A stretch of DNA of 64,000 nucleotides from Pseudomonadota bacterium (GCA_041178425.1 JBEGVH010000029.1:1-64000), one strand, 5' to 3'. Shown: positions 52,475 to 61,712, counted from the stretch's first letter. Numbers and translations: made by a program. Notes: a model not told the origin generated them from the sequence alone.

Positions 52475-53275
52475 ATGGCCGCGATGATGTTATTTCACTT
52501 ACTTGTTAGCTTTGCCCTCGCTCATTCACCGCTTTCAGCAGTGAGAGACCCACAAAAGGATTACAGAACTTATTTAAGACATACGATCTCTCGCGGAGCT
52601 TCTACGGGGGAAACGGTCTTAGACCGTGCTGAGGATTTAAATACAAATCCTTGGCTAAAACTACGCCCTACCAATTATAACCAAAATAAATTGCAACTAC
52701 TGTTTAACCACTTGAGAGATCATCGTCCCACCACCGACAAAGAGAATCGATCGCGTCGCCTTCCTTGGCTCTACCCAGACGATGGTTGCTATGCGAAAAG
52801 TGCTATGATGCAATCCCGTATAAAAGCAGGAGGCCAGGAGGGCTTTCACCAGATCTTTCTTTTTGGTAACTTATTCGCCGCCACGCCTAATCATCCAGCT
52901 AAGCAGGTTTCTTGGTGGTACCATGTAGCACCCATCGTGAGAACGACCGAGGGTGTCTTCGTTTTAGACCCTACACTTGATCCTCTGCAGCCACTTAAAG
53001 TAGAACATTGGATTAGCCGCATGATCCATTTTACTCAAGAGGCTAAAGTCAGTCTTTGCGAACCTGCCAGCTTTACCCCCGAAAGTGAATGCTTCTCAAA
53101 GGGGCCGATCGACGTTCCCGGTGCTACCGAAGAGATAAGAGAGGTTTATTTTGATCTCGAGTGGGAACGTATTCACCACCTAGGGAGAAATCCAGAACAA
53201 GAACTCGGGCCACTGAGGGCAAAGAGCCACAGCAACTTTTTTAACTCACGAACTATAACAAAGGAGTCACTATGA
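52475..53275 (+). CDS. Secreted protein-glutamine glutaminase family protein
   Basis: YPDDGCYAKS (Cys), WWYHVAP (His), VLDP (Asp); signal peptide. Confidence 0.82.
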   Translation: MAAMMLFHLLVSFALAHSPLSAVRDPQKDYRTYLRHTISRGASTGETVLDRAEDLNTNPWLKLRPTNYNQNKLQLLFNHLRDHRPTTDKENRSRRLPWLYPDDGCYAKSAMMQSRIKAGGQEGFHQIFLFGNLFAATPNHPAKQVSWWYHVAPIVRTTEGVFVLDPTLDPLQPLKVEHWISRMIHFTQEAKVSLCEPASFTPESECFSKGPIDVPGATEEIREVYFDLEWERIHHLGRNPEQELGPLRAKSHSNFFNSRTITKESL

Positions 53276-53889
53276 TAAAAATTTACGGTTCCCCCAAATC
53301 AAGTGCTGGTCGCGTTTATTGGATGATGGAAGAACTCGGGCTCTCTTATGAACGAGCCCCCCTCAATATGTCGCAAAAAGAGCATAAAGCTCCAGATTTT
53401 TTGAAACTCAACCCCAATGGCAAAGTACCCTGCCTCGTCGATGGCACCTTTGTTTTGTGGGAGAGCATGGCGATCACCGAATACCTTGTGCAAAAGTATG
53501 GTGCCAATTCCTCTTTGGCCGCAAAAACACCTGAAGAAACAGGGCTCATCTCGCAATGGAGCTTTTGGTCGATCCTTGAGTTACAAAAGCATGCCGTCGA
53601 GTGGCTCATTCAAGAGCACTTTATGCCGGCCGAAAGAAAAGATGCCGGCGTGGTGGAAAAAGCTCAGAAAGCTCTGCTTCCATTGTTCGCGATTTTGGAC
53701 CAAGCCTTAGAAAATAAAACTTATTTGATTGGCAACCGCTTTACCATTGCTGATCTTCATGTGGCATCGGTTGTTAATGTTGCCGCAGGACTTGGCTTTA
53801 ATGTCGCTAGCTTTCCCCATGTTCAAACTTGGATCAAGGCCTGTCATGATCGACCGGCATGGCACCGCTACAACTCATTGCCACTCTAA
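53272..53889 (+). CDS. Glutathione S-transferase family protein
   Basis: LNPNGKVP.L.DG..LWES.AI..YL, YLIG.RFTIAD. Confidence 0.93.
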   Translation: MIKIYGSPKSSAGRVYWMMEELGLSYERAPLNMSQKEHKAPDFLKLNPNGKVPCLVDGTFVLWESMAITEYLVQKYGANSSLAAKTPEETGLISQWSFWSILELQKHAVEWLIQEHFMPAERKDAGVVEKAQKALLPLFAILDQALENKTYLIGNRFTIADLHVASVVNVAAGLGFNVASFPHVQTWIKACHDRPAWHRYNSLPL

Positions 53890-53892
53890 TCA

Positions 53893-54624
53893 ATGAAGAT
53901 TATTTCCCTCGTTCCCTCCTGGACTGAAACGCTCGTTCGATCAGGCATCAGTCCCGTAGGTAGAACTCGCTTTTGCATTCACCCCTTACCAAACGTTTCA
54001 GCGATTCCCGTTGTTGGCGGTACGAAGAATGTGTCTTGGGAGAAGGCTCTCTTGCTCAAGCCCGATCTCGTGATTATGGATAAAGAAGAAAACACTTTAT
54101 CCATGGCGCAGAACTGCCCCGTCCCGTTGATTGCCACCCATGTGACTGACTGGCTCACTATGATCGACGGCCTGAGACTCATTAATGAGAATCTTCCCTC
54201 GAAAAACTTAAATTCTCTCATTGATCGAGCTGAAGACTTGAGGAAGGCACCACAGCTCCAATGGGACCCAAACAATATTCCAGGTTTCAAGGCTTGGATT
54301 CAAAAGCCTCCAACGATTTTACAAAAAGTTTCCTACCTTATTTGGAAAAACCCGTGGATGGTGATTCAACCGAAAACTTTTATTGCAGATATGCTCACGC
54401 GACTTGGCGCCGAAATTCTTACCTTGAGCGAAGACAAATATCTCGAGGTGTCGATGGATCAAATCAAAGAGTCACTGCTCTTATTTTCGAGCGAGCCCTT
54501 TCCATTTTTACAACAAATTGATGAACTAAAAAAAGAAGGTCTTCACGGCGCCCTCATTGATGGAGAACCGTTTAGTTGGTATGGCATAAGAGCGATTGAA
54601 TTTCTAGAACAACAGCAACCTTAG
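53893..54624 (+). CDS. Helical-backbone metal receptor (BtuF-like), no signal peptide
   Basis: IISLVPSWTETL, VGRTRFCIHP, VGGTK, LKPDLV..DKEEN, DGE.FSWYG.R. Confidence 0.85.
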   Translation: MKIISLVPSWTETLVRSGISPVGRTRFCIHPLPNVSAIPVVGGTKNVSWEKALLLKPDLVIMDKEENTLSMAQNCPVPLIATHVTDWLTMIDGLRLINENLPSKNLNSLIDRAEDLRKAPQLQWDPNNIPGFKAWIQKPPTILQKVSYLIWKNPWMVIQPKTFIADMLTRLGAEILTLSEDKYLEVSMDQIKESLLLFSSEPFPFLQQIDELKKEGLHGALIDGEPFSWYGIRAIEFLEQQQP

Positions 54625-54668
54625 GTTTTCATTTTATTGAGATAACTCCTTTTACGGAGAGACCGCTG

Positions 54669-55028
54669 CTATTCGACATTAATAAACGTGTATCTTTGGC
54701 CACAACTCGTGCAAGAGAATGGATTTTCAGGGCTGAATAAATCTGGAAACACTAATTGTTTATTACAAACCATACACAAGTACTCTTTTGTAAGAATGAT
54801 TCTCTGTGTGACCTTGAACGCCTTGAATCCAAAAATGAAAGCTACTAATAAAAAGCTCGGCACCAAAACAAAATGAAAGACCGGTATAAAAACCGATCCA
54901 ATCGCCAACCCAAACCAAAACCCCCACTTTTTGAGAGCAAAGGCCAATCGTTCGCGCTGAGACAATTCGATGAGCGTCGACTCAAGGTTTATGAATTTAT
55001 CTGCATCATTTGATAGTACCATTTTCAT
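54669..55028 (-). CDS. Hypothetical membrane protein with a Zn-ribbon
   Basis: IPVFHFVLVP TM hairpin; CMVC...CTSC. Confidence 0.7.
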   Translation of the reverse strand: MKMVLSNDADKFINLESTLIELSQRERLAFALKKWGFWFGLAIGSVFIPVFHFVLVPSFLLVAFIFGFKAFKVTQRIILTKEYLCMVCNKQLVFPDLFSPENPFSCTSCGQRYTFINVE

Positions 55029-55097
55029 TTTTAAATCCCTCGTTACAGACTATTGATCCAATTCGATTCACTTCAGGACTACGTCCAACAAACTTAT

Positions 55098-55742
55098 CTA
55101 TCTAACTAAACCTCGTTCAATTAAAACGTCATTATTTTGATAACTTTTAAGCTCGGTGAGAATGGACTCTCGCTCTTCAAAAGAAAGACACTGATAAAAG
55201 CTTCCTGACTCTGTCACTGACTTTAGAATTGCAATAGCTCTCAATTGATCCTCAGGTTTTTTACGACTAACATAGCATTGCGCTACTTTTCTCAGAGACT
55301 GACTTATCCCAACTAGAGGCGGACAACGCAATGATTCGGTTGAATCATAGGCTCTTTTACCCAGGGACGGAGCCAAAAGCGGTTTCATTTCCGCAGGAAA
55401 ACAAGTCGGCCCATAATTGAATTGGTCACTCCCCTGCCCTCTTTCTGAGGCAGGAACACTCACTTGCAGCGCAATTGCAGGGGCACACAAAATGATGGAA
55501 GCCGTAATCCCCGCGGTCACATCCCATAAAATCTGAGCCGTATAGGCCGCTCCCGTAAAAGAATATGAAACCAAATATCCTGCGCCTTGCTGACTCACTT
55601 GCGCAACTTTGTAGAACTTCTGATTTTCGGGGATTTCAAGGAGGGCTTGATCGCAATCCTTCCTTATGAGGGCATTATCAAATTTTTGTTGATGACTGCA
55701 AGAACATATACAGACCAAAAATAACGTGAGAGCTTTTTTCAT
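55098..55742 (-). CDS. Hypothetical lipoprotein
   Basis: MKKALTLFLVCICSC lipobox. Confidence 0.72.
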   Translation of the reverse strand: MKKALTLFLVCICSCSHQQKFDNALIRKDCDQALLEIPENQKFYKVAQVSQQGAGYLVSYSFTGAAYTAQILWDVTAGITASIILCAPAIALQVSVPASERGQGSDQFNYGPTCFPAEMKPLLAPSLGKRAYDSTESLRCPPLVGISQSLRKVAQCYVSRKKPEDQLRAIAILKSVTESGSFYQCLSFEERESILTELKSYQNNDVLIERGLVR

Positions 55743-55804
55743 AGACTAGCCCCTTGATCAAATTGGATGAAACCTTTCCCGACGCAATCCTCTCGAGAGC
55801 CTTT

Positions 55805-56893
55805 CTACCAGCTCGCCCTATTTAATATAGAAGCCTCGGGAGATAGACGCCCATCGGGATTCACAAGATCCAAACTCAAACCCCAACGATAAGCAAAATA
55901 CATCGCCGCGTGAACTGGTACTTTCTTTTGATACGAATCCACTTTTCGAAGAAAGGCTTTCATTTGATTCGCACGCTTGGAACTTCTTTCGAAGCCCCAC
56001 TCTGTAATCCACAAAGGCGTTGCTTTGCCAAAGAGTTTGATACAGGAATCTAAAATTGGAAGTTCCGACGGCGAAGGAGCTCCTTGTGTGAGCCCCGGAT
56101 AGATATGAATTGCAACCCCTTGAGTTTGAGCGAGGTAATTGACTCCATCGAGGTTTTTCAGATCGGCAATAAATTTGAGGGCGTTATTAAAATGATATCC
56201 CTTCCATGCAGCCGAGGGAATGTTAGCAGGAGCAAAGGGCAAGATGATAGCCTGCGGAAAATAATTCTTAACCACCTCGATCGTCGTGGTGAGGTAGCGC
56301 GCATAGGCCACCTGAGCGAATTTTACCTCCGATTTAGTGGCCACCCGGCCCCAAGGGACATCCGCGTTAAAACAAACGGTATCAAGCTCATTACCCACCT
56401 CGATCCCATCAATTTGTTGATTGGCAGATCTAAGAGCATCGAAGTACCTAGTGAGTCGCTCTCTGTATTTTACTAAGTTCAGTTGACTAAGGGGTCCGAT
56501 ATGCCCTGGCCATCCGCAGAACTTTTCCCAGTCCGGGCCATCGTAGGTTCTAGCGACCTCTGGCGAATCAAAGTCTTCGTCTTCCATCATTGTGACGGCC
56601 ATCAATTTCATTCCCGCTCGATGGGCCTGAGTGACGGCTTCAACAAAATTAGAAATTTGAGAGGAATTATGTATGACCTCTCGATACCAACTGGTTCCCA
56701 AGGATCCCATTTGATCGGGGGCAAATATTCTCCGAATCTCTTCAATGGGAGTCCAATCGAGATTACTCTGAATTCCGGTTGGCGTTTTTACTGCAACAAC
56801 CTCTGGCCCCTCGGGGCTTTGACCTGCAATGGCTGAACTACCTATAAAAGCTCCAACACAACAACATACACTTAACAACCATTGAATCTTCAT
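55805..56893 (-). CDS. Secreted glycoside hydrolase, clan GH-A-like
   Basis: Signal peptide; IEVGNE (acid/base), AIHIY, LWITEWG (nucleophile). Confidence 0.75.
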   Translation of the reverse strand: MKIQWLLSVCCCVGAFIGSSAIAGQSPEGPEVVAVKTPTGIQSNLDWTPIEEIRRIFAPDQMGSLGTSWYREVIHNSSQISNFVEAVTQAHRAGMKLMAVTMMEDEDFDSPEVARTYDGPDWEKFCGWPGHIGPLSQLNLVKYRERLTRYFDALRSANQQIDGIEVGNELDTVCFNADVPWGRVATKSEVKFAQVAYARYLTTTIEVVKNYFPQAIILPFAPANIPSAAWKGYHFNNALKFIADLKNLDGVNYLAQTQGVAIHIYPGLTQGAPSPSELPILDSCIKLFGKATPLWITEWGFERSSKRANQMKAFLRKVDSYQKKVPVHAAMYFAYRWGLSLDLVNPDGRLSPEASILNRASW

Positions 56894-57045
56894 CCTTCTC
56901 TCCCCCACCGATATGATCATGATAGTGAGTAAGTATTAAGCAAAATAAAAGGTGTTTAGTTATTGGAAAACCATCCCAAGGTCGGTCGAAAGAACAATTT
57001 TAGATCTCATCTATTTGTGATATCACTATCAATGGGGGCGAACAG

Positions 57046-57609
57046 ATGTTTTGGAATTCAATAAAAACACTTTATTCAAAAATAGCCTTTTTTCTGGCTA
57101 TTGGTTCTTTAATATGGTCAATCACCCTAAGCCAACCAACTTTGATGTATTGGAGTATGTATTCACATCGGGATCAATACAAGAGAGAGATCTTCATTGT
57201 GAATTCCTCCTACTGTCATTATTCCGCCAGCAGAGGTAAATCGATGGGGAGTTTTACCATTTCTGCCCATGGACTCATCGAGAACAAAGAAATGGTAATG
57301 GATTTAGAGCCTTATTTCGACGGTGAAAAAAACTGTGCGAACGTTAACAACAGACTGACTTCAGAATTCAAGGTGGGAACAGCTCTTGATGTGCTTTATA
57401 TCTCAACTATTGAGGCAGGATGGGCCGGGCGCCCACCCTCCATTGTCCCTTTCAGGGAAGACTTTAAAAAACACACGCTAGATTTGTTAAAAACATATAT
57501 TTTATTAGCCTATCTTCCGCTTCTTGTTTTCGGTTTACCCTATTTTTTCAAAATGGCAGGCCTGGTGATTACTGTTCTGAAGGCCATGATCACTGGAAAA
57601 ATAAGGTAA
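57046..57609 (+). CDS. Hypothetical membrane protein (TM-soluble domain-TM)
   Basis: 187-aa ORF with N- and C-terminal hydrophobic helices. Confidence 0.65.
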   Translation: MFWNSIKTLYSKIAFFLAIGSLIWSITLSQPTLMYWSMYSHRDQYKREIFIVNSSYCHYSASRGKSMGSFTISAHGLIENKEMVMDLEPYFDGEKNCANVNNRLTSEFKVGTALDVLYISTIEAGWAGRPPSIVPFREDFKKHTLDLLKTYILLAYLPLLVFGLPYFFKMAGLVITVLKAMITGKIR

Positions 57610-57696
57610 TCAAAGCCTGAGAGTTTAAATCACAGCCTTATTTTGATTCAAAATGAGAATCCAACCGGACTCCTATAACTTCCTTTTGAAAAACTA

Positions 57697-57734
57697 TCTA
57701 ACCCCTGTATATACTCGTATATACAGGGGTTAGA
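57697..57734. repeat. Perfect 18-bp inverted repeat with a 2-nt spacer (possible operator)
   Basis: TCTAACCCCTGTATATAC-tc-GTATATACAGGGGTTAGA. Confidence 0.85.
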
Positions 57735-57757
57735 GTGACTTATCCTAAGGGAGATTT

Positions 57758-57955
57758 ATGAGGATCTCCCCCGATATTTTGATAACAAAAGATGTATCAC
57801 AACTTGAAACAGTAACCATCAAGGTTGGCAAGAGAAGGATCTCACTGGTAAGTCTTCAAGAGCTCTTGCGTATAAAACAAGAGGCCGGCAGACCCCAGGA
57901 TTTAGTAGATATAAAAAATATAGAGATAAAATTAAATGAAAACCAAAAAGCGTAA
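57758..57955 (+). pseudogene. C-terminal remnant of a nucleotidyltransferase-fold protein
   Basis: SLQELLRIKQEAGRPQDLVDI matches the 'L..K...GR.KD..D' C-terminal motif; the N-terminal catalytic part is absent. Confidence 0.6.
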
Positions 57956-58130
57956 GTCTCAAAAGAAAAGGACTCGGAAGCTAAAAACGCATTCACCATC
58001 AACCTTCCGAGGAGTTACTCCCGAAGAAGCTCTGCGCTTTTTAGAAGACATATGAACCCTTCAGAGTGATATTGATGAGCCAACAGTCTCAATAAGCTTA
58101 AGAGTTCCCGGTAATATCTTGCGCGCCTAA
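57936..58130 (+). pseudogene. Disrupted ribbon-helix-helix (CopG/BrnA-like) antitoxin
   Basis: MKTKKR...TPEEALRFLEDI*TLQSDIDEPTVSISLRVPGNILRA*; in-frame TGA at 58053-58055; ISLRVP is an RHH beta-strand. Confidence 0.6.
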
Positions 58131-58181
58131 AACTCTAGAGGAACGATGAACTGGGTATCACCAGCCTGCTATCACTGATTC

Positions 58182-58900
58182 TTATCGCTGTCCATCCGCA
58201 CTGTTGCTGGGATGGGTATCATCGGAAGGATAACCATCCGTTTTATTGATGAGGGATTCCAAGCTGGGTTGAATTTTCGCAGCCCAATCGATGGCTTGGT
58301 TTTTTGGATAATGGATACCGTCGGCTCTTTTTGAGGTCGATGGGTAACGGGTGTAGTGGGTGCTATCGATAAACTTGCAGTTAGATTTTTCAATTAAAAC
58401 CTTCATCTGCTGAACTCCCGATGGAAGATTTGATCGAAAGGGATCTTTGACTAAATCAGGAGGACCAATCCAGATACAACGGCTTCGATTTTCGATAGTT
58501 TTCTTGAGCATGGCCTCTACGAATTTGAGCTCTTTTTTTATATTACTCGGGCTTGAGAGTATATTCGTTCCCAAAGCGATAATCGTAATATCTGGTTGAG
58601 CATCACTCAGGGCTTCAGCAAATGAAGGCGTGATTTGTTTCTGGGCGGAAGTGATTTTACCTTCTGAATTTTTTTTCCAAAATCCACAGTTGGTCTGTTG
58701 AAATTTGGAGCCAGTCTGGGTCCAATTGGAAGGAGAGGATCCACAACTACCTATCGACGTCACTTTGTGGCTGAACTTTCGCAAATCCCGTGGACACACT
58801 CAACACAAGAACCAGGAATGACAATACGGATACGATCACACTACCTACCCTGTTTTTATTAGATCCATTTTTCTCAGGGCTCGTCACTTTTATTCTCATT
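58182..58900 (-). pseudogene. SGNH/GDSL hydrolase with its N-terminal block missing (frameshift or deletion)
   Basis: IIALGTN (block III), CIWIGPP, DGIHY (block V) in one frame; a signal-peptide-like segment in another frame upstream; no GDS block I. Confidence 0.55.
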
Positions 58901-59103
58901 AAATTGAAATTGCGCAAGAAACCGAACACATTTATTCGCAGATGAATCACGAATCGAGGAGCGCTATATTCTGACCTCTTTATTTTTGGTGTAATCCACC
59001 ACTGAACGAAAAAAAACCTAGCTTAAAGGTATTGGTGCAGCCAACTTGAGGAGTTTCGAACTGCGTGCGTCAATTGGAGCTTCAAATCTCGAAACGAATC
59101 AAT

Positions 59104-59143
59104 TAGTAAATGCAGTTGACTATATAGTCAACTTGATTGACCA
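59104..59143. promoter_or_regulatory. Tandem operator-like palindromes upstream of the hydrolase-MarR operon
   Basis: TAGTAAA-N5-TTGACTA (59104-59122) and TAGTCAA-N5-TTGACCA (59125-59143); the junction forms the perfect palindrome AGTTGACTATATAGTCAACT. Confidence 0.65.
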
Positions 59144-59166
59144 TTCAGCTCGGAGGTATTTTAATT

Positions 59167-59976
59167 ATGCCATCATCGCAACTAAGTTTTATGTCCAGAG
59201 GAAATGGTCAAAATATTGTATTTTCTCATGGGACCCCAACTTATTCAGGCGAATACATTAGCGTTGTTAAAAGGCTTGAGTCTAAATATAAATTTATTCT
59301 TGTCGACCACTTGGGCTTTGGAAACTCACCAAAGCCCAAACAAGCGGACTACTCAATTGAAGCACATCAACAACGATTCAAGGCTTCTTTGATTGAAAAT
59401 AAAATTAAATCATTTCACTTGGTTGTTCATGACTTTGGGGGAGTCATTGCTTTACCACTCCTCCTCGATTCCGACTTTGAGGTTTTAAGTTTAACGATTT
59501 TAAATTCATGGTACTGGTCACTTATTGAAACTGAGCCGCAAATGAAAGCTCAAAGTGTCTTTGTAAAACTAGGAATACTTCCCTTTCTTTATCGTTACTT
59601 CAATTTTAGTCCAAAGGTTCTACTGAAAATAGCTTGGGGATCTCATTCGCCATTAACAAAAGAGAGGCACGATCACTATTCTGGAATGTTTCCGACGCAC
59701 AATGAAAGATCTGGAACAATTGGCTTTCTTAATGCTCTTTTTGATTTTGAAAATTCTGTTTGGAAGAAAGCCGAGACCCTGAAAAGCATTAATGTTCCCG
59801 TTCAAATAATTTGGGGCAAAGCGGATAAACTTATTTCGATCAGAAATCTAGAAAGATGGAAGACGATTTTTCCAGATGCAAAAGTCGTTGCCTTAGAAAA
59901 GGTTGGACATTTTGTAGCTGAAGAAGCTCCTGAGATTTTTACAGATGAACTCGATTCATTTTTGAGAAACAAATGA
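59167..59976 (+). CDS. Alpha/beta hydrolase (haloalkane dehalogenase-like)
   Basis: HGTPT, DHLGFGNS.KP, VVHDFGG (Asp nucleophile), IIWG..D, GHFVAEE. Confidence 0.88.
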   Translation: MPSSQLSFMSRGNGQNIVFSHGTPTYSGEYISVVKRLESKYKFILVDHLGFGNSPKPKQADYSIEAHQQRFKASLIENKIKSFHLVVHDFGGVIALPLLLDSDFEVLSLTILNSWYWSLIETEPQMKAQSVFVKLGILPFLYRYFNFSPKVLLKIAWGSHSPLTKERHDHYSGMFPTHNERSGTIGFLNALFDFENSVWKKAETLKSINVPVQIIWGKADKLISIRNLERWKTIFPDAKVVALEKVGHFVAEEAPEIFTDELDSFLRNK

Positions 59977-60467
59977 ATCCTAAAAAAAGTCGCATATCCA
60001 TTCAGAAATTGCGGATTCACCCCCAAGAACTTGACAGCAACCAACCGCTCGCTCGGTTCATGATAACATTGTTCAATCTATTCGAAGATGAAATCATTCT
60101 CAAAATACAAAACACGAACTACAAGGATGTTACAAGAACTGATTTAAACACTTTGCGATACATAGGACATGGGGGAGAAACTTCATCACAGCTTGCAAAT
60201 TTCGCAGGAGTTTCTAAGCAAGCAATGAGCAAGCAAATAGAAAGCCTTTCTCGCAGAGGCTATGTGAAAGCTATTCAAGATAAAAGTGATGCTCGGATTT
60301 TTAAAATTTCTTTTACCCAAAAAGGTAGCGACCTAGTCCTTTTCCTAGTTAAAGAAATAAAGGTGATTGAGCTTAGATTTCAACGGAAAGTTGGTAGATC
60401 TGTCTTTGACAAAATGAAAATAGACCTGCAGTCACTTATCAATCTTTATGGTGAATCAAAGTCGTAA
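59973..60467 (+). CDS. MarR family transcriptional regulator
   Basis: LA...GVSKQAMSK.I..L...GYV....D..DAR...I.FT.KG; ATGA overlap. Confidence 0.9.
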   Translation: MNPKKSRISIQKLRIHPQELDSNQPLARFMITLFNLFEDEIILKIQNTNYKDVTRTDLNTLRYIGHGGETSSQLANFAGVSKQAMSKQIESLSRRGYVKAIQDKSDARIFKISFTQKGSDLVLFLVKEIKVIELRFQRKVGRSVFDKMKIDLQSLINLYGESKS

Positions 60468-60569
60468 ATTAAATAGATGAAACGAGCCTACAGGCAGCGG
60501 TAAGCCTTGGATCGAGACATCCGCTCGGGGGATGTCTATTAAATCATTGGATTGTCTTAGATTTAAAAT

Positions 60570-60661
60570 TGGTGCCCCGGGCCGGACTTGAACCGGCACG
60601 CCCGTGTTAACGAAGCCCAGGATTTTAAGTCCTGTGCGTCTACCAATTTCGCCACCGGGGC
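60570..60661 (-). tRNA. tRNA-Leu (anticodon TAA), CCA encoded
   Basis: Reverse complement GCCCCGGTGGCGAAATTGGTAGACGCACAGGACTTAAAATCCTG...GCCGGTTCAAGTCCGGCCCGGGGCACCA; long variable arm. Confidence 0.97.
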
Positions 60662-60841
60662 ATTTCTAGATGGTGAACTTTTATTAGATGTAGCAAGATG
60701 ACTCCAAAGTCTACTAGGAAGATAAGGTTTTATAAAATTTCTCGGCGCATTAAATGGAGAAATTCAGGAGTAGATACGTTGAATTAGACAAATAGCTTCA
60801 GATAGTGTGAAGAGCGAACTTCGGACAACATAGGAGTTTTT

Positions 60842-61531
60842 TTGACTGACTCGACGACTTCCCAAACAACAATTCCTCAGCTGTCAAAAGGCCAATGGGT
60901 TCGTTTGTTTGCGGCCAGTCTCGGCATGCTATTACTTAATCAACTGATTGAACAAGCCCTCAACCTTCAAATGACTGAAAGTATGAGGGGCGAAACGTCA
61001 GCCTTTGTTGTGACCGCCATGGCCCTATTTTTTAATGGAGTTTCAATTATTTGGCTACAGTCTGTGGTACTGATGGTAATGGTGCAAGCACATCACCCAG
61101 AAACGAGCTCCGTCCCCCTTGGGGTGAAGATTGGGGATTTTACGAGGGAATGGCTGCGTTCGATGGGTGAAGTCTCCTTATGGATGTTTGCTTTTGTGGT
61201 TCCTGGACTGATTCGGCTCATCGATTACTCTCTCTTGCCCTTTATCTGCTTTTTCGATTCTGCCTATCAAAAAGGCGAAATAGATGCCCTCGAAACCTGT
61301 CGCTCCCTTGCGCGGGGACGGAGGTTAAAACTCTGGGCCCTTTGGATTAGCCTCGGCCTCGTGCTCCCGATTTTGATGTCGGCCTTTTTGGGCGATTATG
61401 AATCCTTATTCGAACACCCTCTCTCGGGTACGCTCATCGTCGCCATCGAGGCCGCTTTTCAAGTGCTCTCTTTTTGCATTATTTGGCGAATCTACTCTGA
61501 CGCAATAAGCTATGCTCGACCTCAGCCGTGA
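60842..61531 (+). CDS. Hypothetical integral membrane protein
   Basis: AGGAG RBS + TTG start; multiple TMs; F.VPG..R. Confidence 0.75.
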   Translation: MTDSTTSQTTIPQLSKGQWVRLFAASLGMLLLNQLIEQALNLQMTESMRGETSAFVVTAMALFFNGVSIIWLQSVVLMVMVQAHHPETSSVPLGVKIGDFTREWLRSMGEVSLWMFAFVVPGLIRLIDYSLLPFICFFDSAYQKGEIDALETCRSLARGRRLKLWALWISLGLVLPILMSAFLGDYESLFEHPLSGTLIVAIEAAFQVLSFCIIWRIYSDAISYARPQP

Positions 61532-61563
61532 TGCTGACTTCCAAAAATTCATTGGAAAGAGCT

Positions 61564-61592
61564 TTGACCTCCGAAAGAGGGGGGAATATTCT
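61564..61592 (+). promoter_or_regulatory. Sigma70-like promoter
   Basis: TTGACC-17 nt-TATTCT. Confidence 0.5.
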
Positions 61593-61645
61593 ATCGAAGA
61601 GCTAATTCTAAGGAGCCATTCCTAAAAATTGCTATCGTTGCTTTC

Positions 61646-61676
61646 AAAAAGGCCTCTTCAACAAGGGGCCTTTTTT
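61646..61676. terminator. Bidirectional intrinsic terminator
   Basis: AAAAAGGCCTCTT-caac-AAGGGGCCTTTTTT. Confidence 0.85.
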
Positions 61677-61712
61677 ATTACTCCAGACATAAACTGATTT
61701 TATTTAATAACT

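Noticed and set aside
60515..60537. AGACATCC-N7-GGATGTCT hairpin
   Set aside because: Most simply a terminator-like stem between convergent marR and tRNA-Leu; not notable alone.
54669..60570. Prophage or intact defence island at tRNA-Leu
   Set aside because: No integrase, phage structural gene or intact defence gene is recognisable; only remnants.
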